The notes beneath the pieces are model-generated. The model made no database searches. It was not told where the DNA came from and worked only from the letters and a program-made list of their open reading frames with translations. DNA of 64,000 nt from Alphaproteobacteria bacterium (GTDB taxonomy: Bacteria > Pseudomonadota > Alphaproteobacteria > JAAXGF01): contig CAUVXB020000002.1 of NCBI GenBank assembly GCA_963555825.3, forward strand, positions 608,001-672,000. The letters run 5' to 3'. Of this stretch, positions 61,787 to 64,000 are shown piece by piece. Every line of letters starts with the position of its first letter. Position 1 is the stretch's first letter. The translations under genes and the position numbers were made by a program.

Positions 61787-62065
61787 ATGCCACGGAAGCG
61801 ACATACCGCGGAACAGATCATCAGCAAGCTGCGTGAGGCTGAAGTCGGCCTGGCGAGCGGTCACACGGTGCCCGAAGTGTGCCGGACCTTGGGCATCGCC
61901 GAGCAGACGTACTATCGGTGGCGCAAGGAGTACGGCGGCCTGAAGGTTGGGCAGGCCCGACGCTTCAAGGAGCTCGAGCGGGAGAACACACATCTCAGGC
62001 GAGCCGTCGCCGATCTGACGCTGGATAAACTGATCCTGAAGGAAGCCGCCGAGGGAAACTTCTAA
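61787..62065 (+). CDS. IS3 transposase OrfA
   Basis: RHTAEQIISKLREAE..CRTLGIAEQTYYRWRKEYGG..LERENTHL. Confidence 0.9.
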   Translation: MPRKRHTAEQIISKLREAEVGLASGHTVPEVCRTLGIAEQTYYRWRKEYGGLKVGQARRFKELERENTHLRRAVADLTLDKLILKEAAEGNF

Positions 62066-62707
62066 GCCCCGAGCGTCGCCGGCGCTGTGTTGAGCATGTC
62101 TGCACACGATATGGATTACCCGAGCGCCGGGTGTGCCGGGTCATCGGACAGCCACGCTCGACGCAACGCTATCGACGTGTCGGGGCTGACGATGAGGCGG
62201 CGCTCACCGAGGCGATCGTGCGGCTAGCCAGTGAGTATGGCCGCTACGGCTATCGCCGGGTCACGGCGCTGCTCCGCGGAGATGGTTGGCACGTGAACCA
62301 CAAGCGGGTCGAACGCATCTGGCGACGGGAGGGGCTGAAGGTGCCTGTAAAGCAACCCAAGAGAGGCCGACTGTGGCTCAACGACGGGTCCTGCATCCGT
62401 CTGCGGCCGAGCTGGCCGAACCATGTCTGGGCCTATGACTTCGTCATGGCCCGCACACACGATGGCAGGACGTTCCGCATGCTGACGATCATCGACGAGT
62501 GGACCAGGGAGTGCCTGGCGATCGACGTCGCCCGGCACCTGCGATCCGACGACGTGCTGTATCGCCTGGCGGCACTGTTCGTCGACCGGGGGCCACCGGA
62601 CCACATCCGCTCGGACAACGGCAGCGAGTTCACCGCCAAGGCCGTCCGTGACTGGCTGGCGAGAGTCGGTGTGACGACGCTCTACATCGCGCCGGGGAGT
62701 CCCTGGG
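62062..62707 (+). pseudogene. IS3 transposase OrfB, 3' truncated
   Basis: RYGYRR, VNHKRVERIWR.EGL, WAYDF, IRSDNGSEF. Confidence 0.85.
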
Positions 62708-62898
62708 TGTCAATGGCGGAGCAAAAAGGGACCACCTCGGCGGTGTAAGAAGGGCCCGCTTGGCGGCTGCGGGCTTGTCCCCGTAGTCCACGGGAGGGCC
62801 CCGCGCGCGACGCGGCGTGCCCTCAACAGGCTGACGCGGCGGCGCGCGCGGGAGGGACCTGTGGGCCCACGGGGTCAAGCGTGGGCTGGGTGGTCGGT

Positions 62899-63663
62899 TC
62901 AGTTAGCAGTCGGGGTTTGACGCCTGCGGCTCTGGTTGAGCCTGTAGCTGTCACCGTTCATCTCGAGGATGTTGACGTGGTGGGTGAGGCGATCGAGGAG
63001 CGCGCCGGTGAGGCGCTCGGAGCCGAACACCTCGGTCCATTCGTCGAAGGGCAGATTGGTGGTGACCAGGGTCGAGCCCCGCTCGTAGCGTTGGCTGAAC
63101 ACCTCGAACAACAGCTCGGCGCCGGTCTTCGACAGCGGCACGAAGCCGAGTTCGTCGACGATCAGAAGCTTGTAGGTGGCGAGCTTCTTCTGGAACCTCA
63201 GCAGCTGCTTGTCATCGCGGGCCTCGATGAGTTCGTGGACCAGCGCGGCGGCGGTGATGAAGCCGACCGAGAGGCCCTTCTGGCAGGCCGCCAGGCCGAG
63301 ACCGAGGGCGATGTGGGTCTTGCCGGTCCCACTGTTGCCGAGCGCGATGAGGTTCTCGCGGCGCTCGATGTACTCGCAGCGGGCCAGCTCCAGGACCAGC
63401 GCCTTGTTGAGCGAGGGGATGACCTTGAAGTCGAAGCTGTCGAGGCTCTTGACCACGGGGAAGCGCGCCGCCTTGATGCGCCGCTCGACCATGCGGCGCT
63501 CGCGGTCGATCAGCTCGAGCTCGGCGAGTCTCAACAGGTAGCGGACGTGATCGACGCCTTCCGAGGCGCACTGCCGGGCGATCTTGTCGTACTCGCGCAG
63601 GAAGGTCGGCAGCTTCAGCGTCTTGAGGTGGTGGGCGAGCAGCACTTGCGGTGTGTCGGTCAT
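62899..63663 (-). CDS. istB: IS21 IstB
   Basis: Protein identical to copies 1 and 2. Confidence 0.93.
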   Translation of the reverse strand: MTDTPQVLLAHHLKTLKLPTFLREYDKIARQCASEGVDHVRYLLRLAELELIDRERRMVERRIKAARFPVVKSLDSFDFKVIPSLNKALVLELARCEYIERRENLIALGNSGTGKTHIALGLGLAACQKGLSVGFITAAALVHELIEARDDKQLLRFQKKLATYKLLIVDELGFVPLSKTGAELLFEVFSQRYERGSTLVTTNLPFDEWTEVFGSERLTGALLDRLTHHVNILEMNGDSYRLNQSRRRQTPTAN

Positions 63664-64000
63664 GCGCCGAGCCCCGACAGCAGGCTCATGTACGACTTGG
63701 CGGACGTCATCGCGACCCGGGCGCGCGGCAGATACGGATAGACGTCGAGGTTGAGCCTGGGCGGCCGCCGCTCGATGCGGCACAGTACCAGGTGCTTCAC
63801 CGCATCAAAGCCGATTGCGCCGAGCCGCAGGGCGTCGCCGACCGCACCCTCGACCTCCTCGAGCCGGAAGGTCTCCAGTAGACGGAGCACCTGGACGTAC
63901 TCGCGCTTGCCTGCCTTGCCCATACGAGCTTCGAGGAGCCGCCGCAGAGTGATGAAGGCCTCGGGCAGGTCCCAGCCCGCCAATGGCGCGGCCTGGTCGA
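63660..64000 (-). CDS. istA: IS21 IstA, 3' part
   Basis: Identical to the IstA C-terminus of copy 1. Confidence 0.9.
   Translation of the reverse strand, partial: DQAAPLAGWDLPEAFITLRRLLEARMGKAGKREYVQVLRLLETFRLEEVEGAVGDALRLGAIGFDAVKHLVLCRIERRPPRLNLDVYPYLPRARVAMTSAKSYMSLLSGLGA

Larger units (their letters stand above)
61721..62707 (+). mobile_element. IS3-family (IS407-like) element truncated by IS21 copy 3
   Basis: Left end TGACCTGCCCCCC; GGGAAAC frameshift window; orfB cut at PGSPW. Confidence 0.88.
62708..64000 (-). mobile_element. IS21-family element, copy 3 (runs off the window)
   Basis: Right IR TGTCAATGGCGGAGC at 62708; istB and the 3' part of istA. Confidence 0.92.

Overview
GC-rich, alphaproteobacterial-looking DNA (inferred from a GTTC-N7-GTTC LexA box, the RpoD type and DUF2493/DUF6118-like plasmid genes). 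It appears to be a decaying conjugative plasmid or ICE region. Bases 1-14.7 kb carry a TraA-like relaxase tail, umuDC, and a hybrid conjugation operon (VirD4-type coupling protein plus type IVB DotA/TraY, IcmX/TraW-like, Ssb, and an IS-truncated IcmB/TraU). By my own boundary count, roughly 45% of the window is IS-derived, from about 10 families (IS256, IS3, IS481-like, IS1182, IS630, IS1595, IS66, IS21, ISAzo13, IS1380). It includes a four-level nest and a group II intron fragment. Largely intact islands amid the debris are (i) a SNF2 helicase - nucleotidyltransferase-like - SWIM three-gene operon, (ii) a cluster of four arm-binding tyrosine integrases in two divergent, translationally coupled pairs, with four more fragments of related integrases elsewhere, and (iii) higBA. 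Housekeeping-gene debris (rpoD, mreB, HU) is also present. I recognised no rRNA, tRNA or CRISPR array. All family calls are by motif recognition, not database search.
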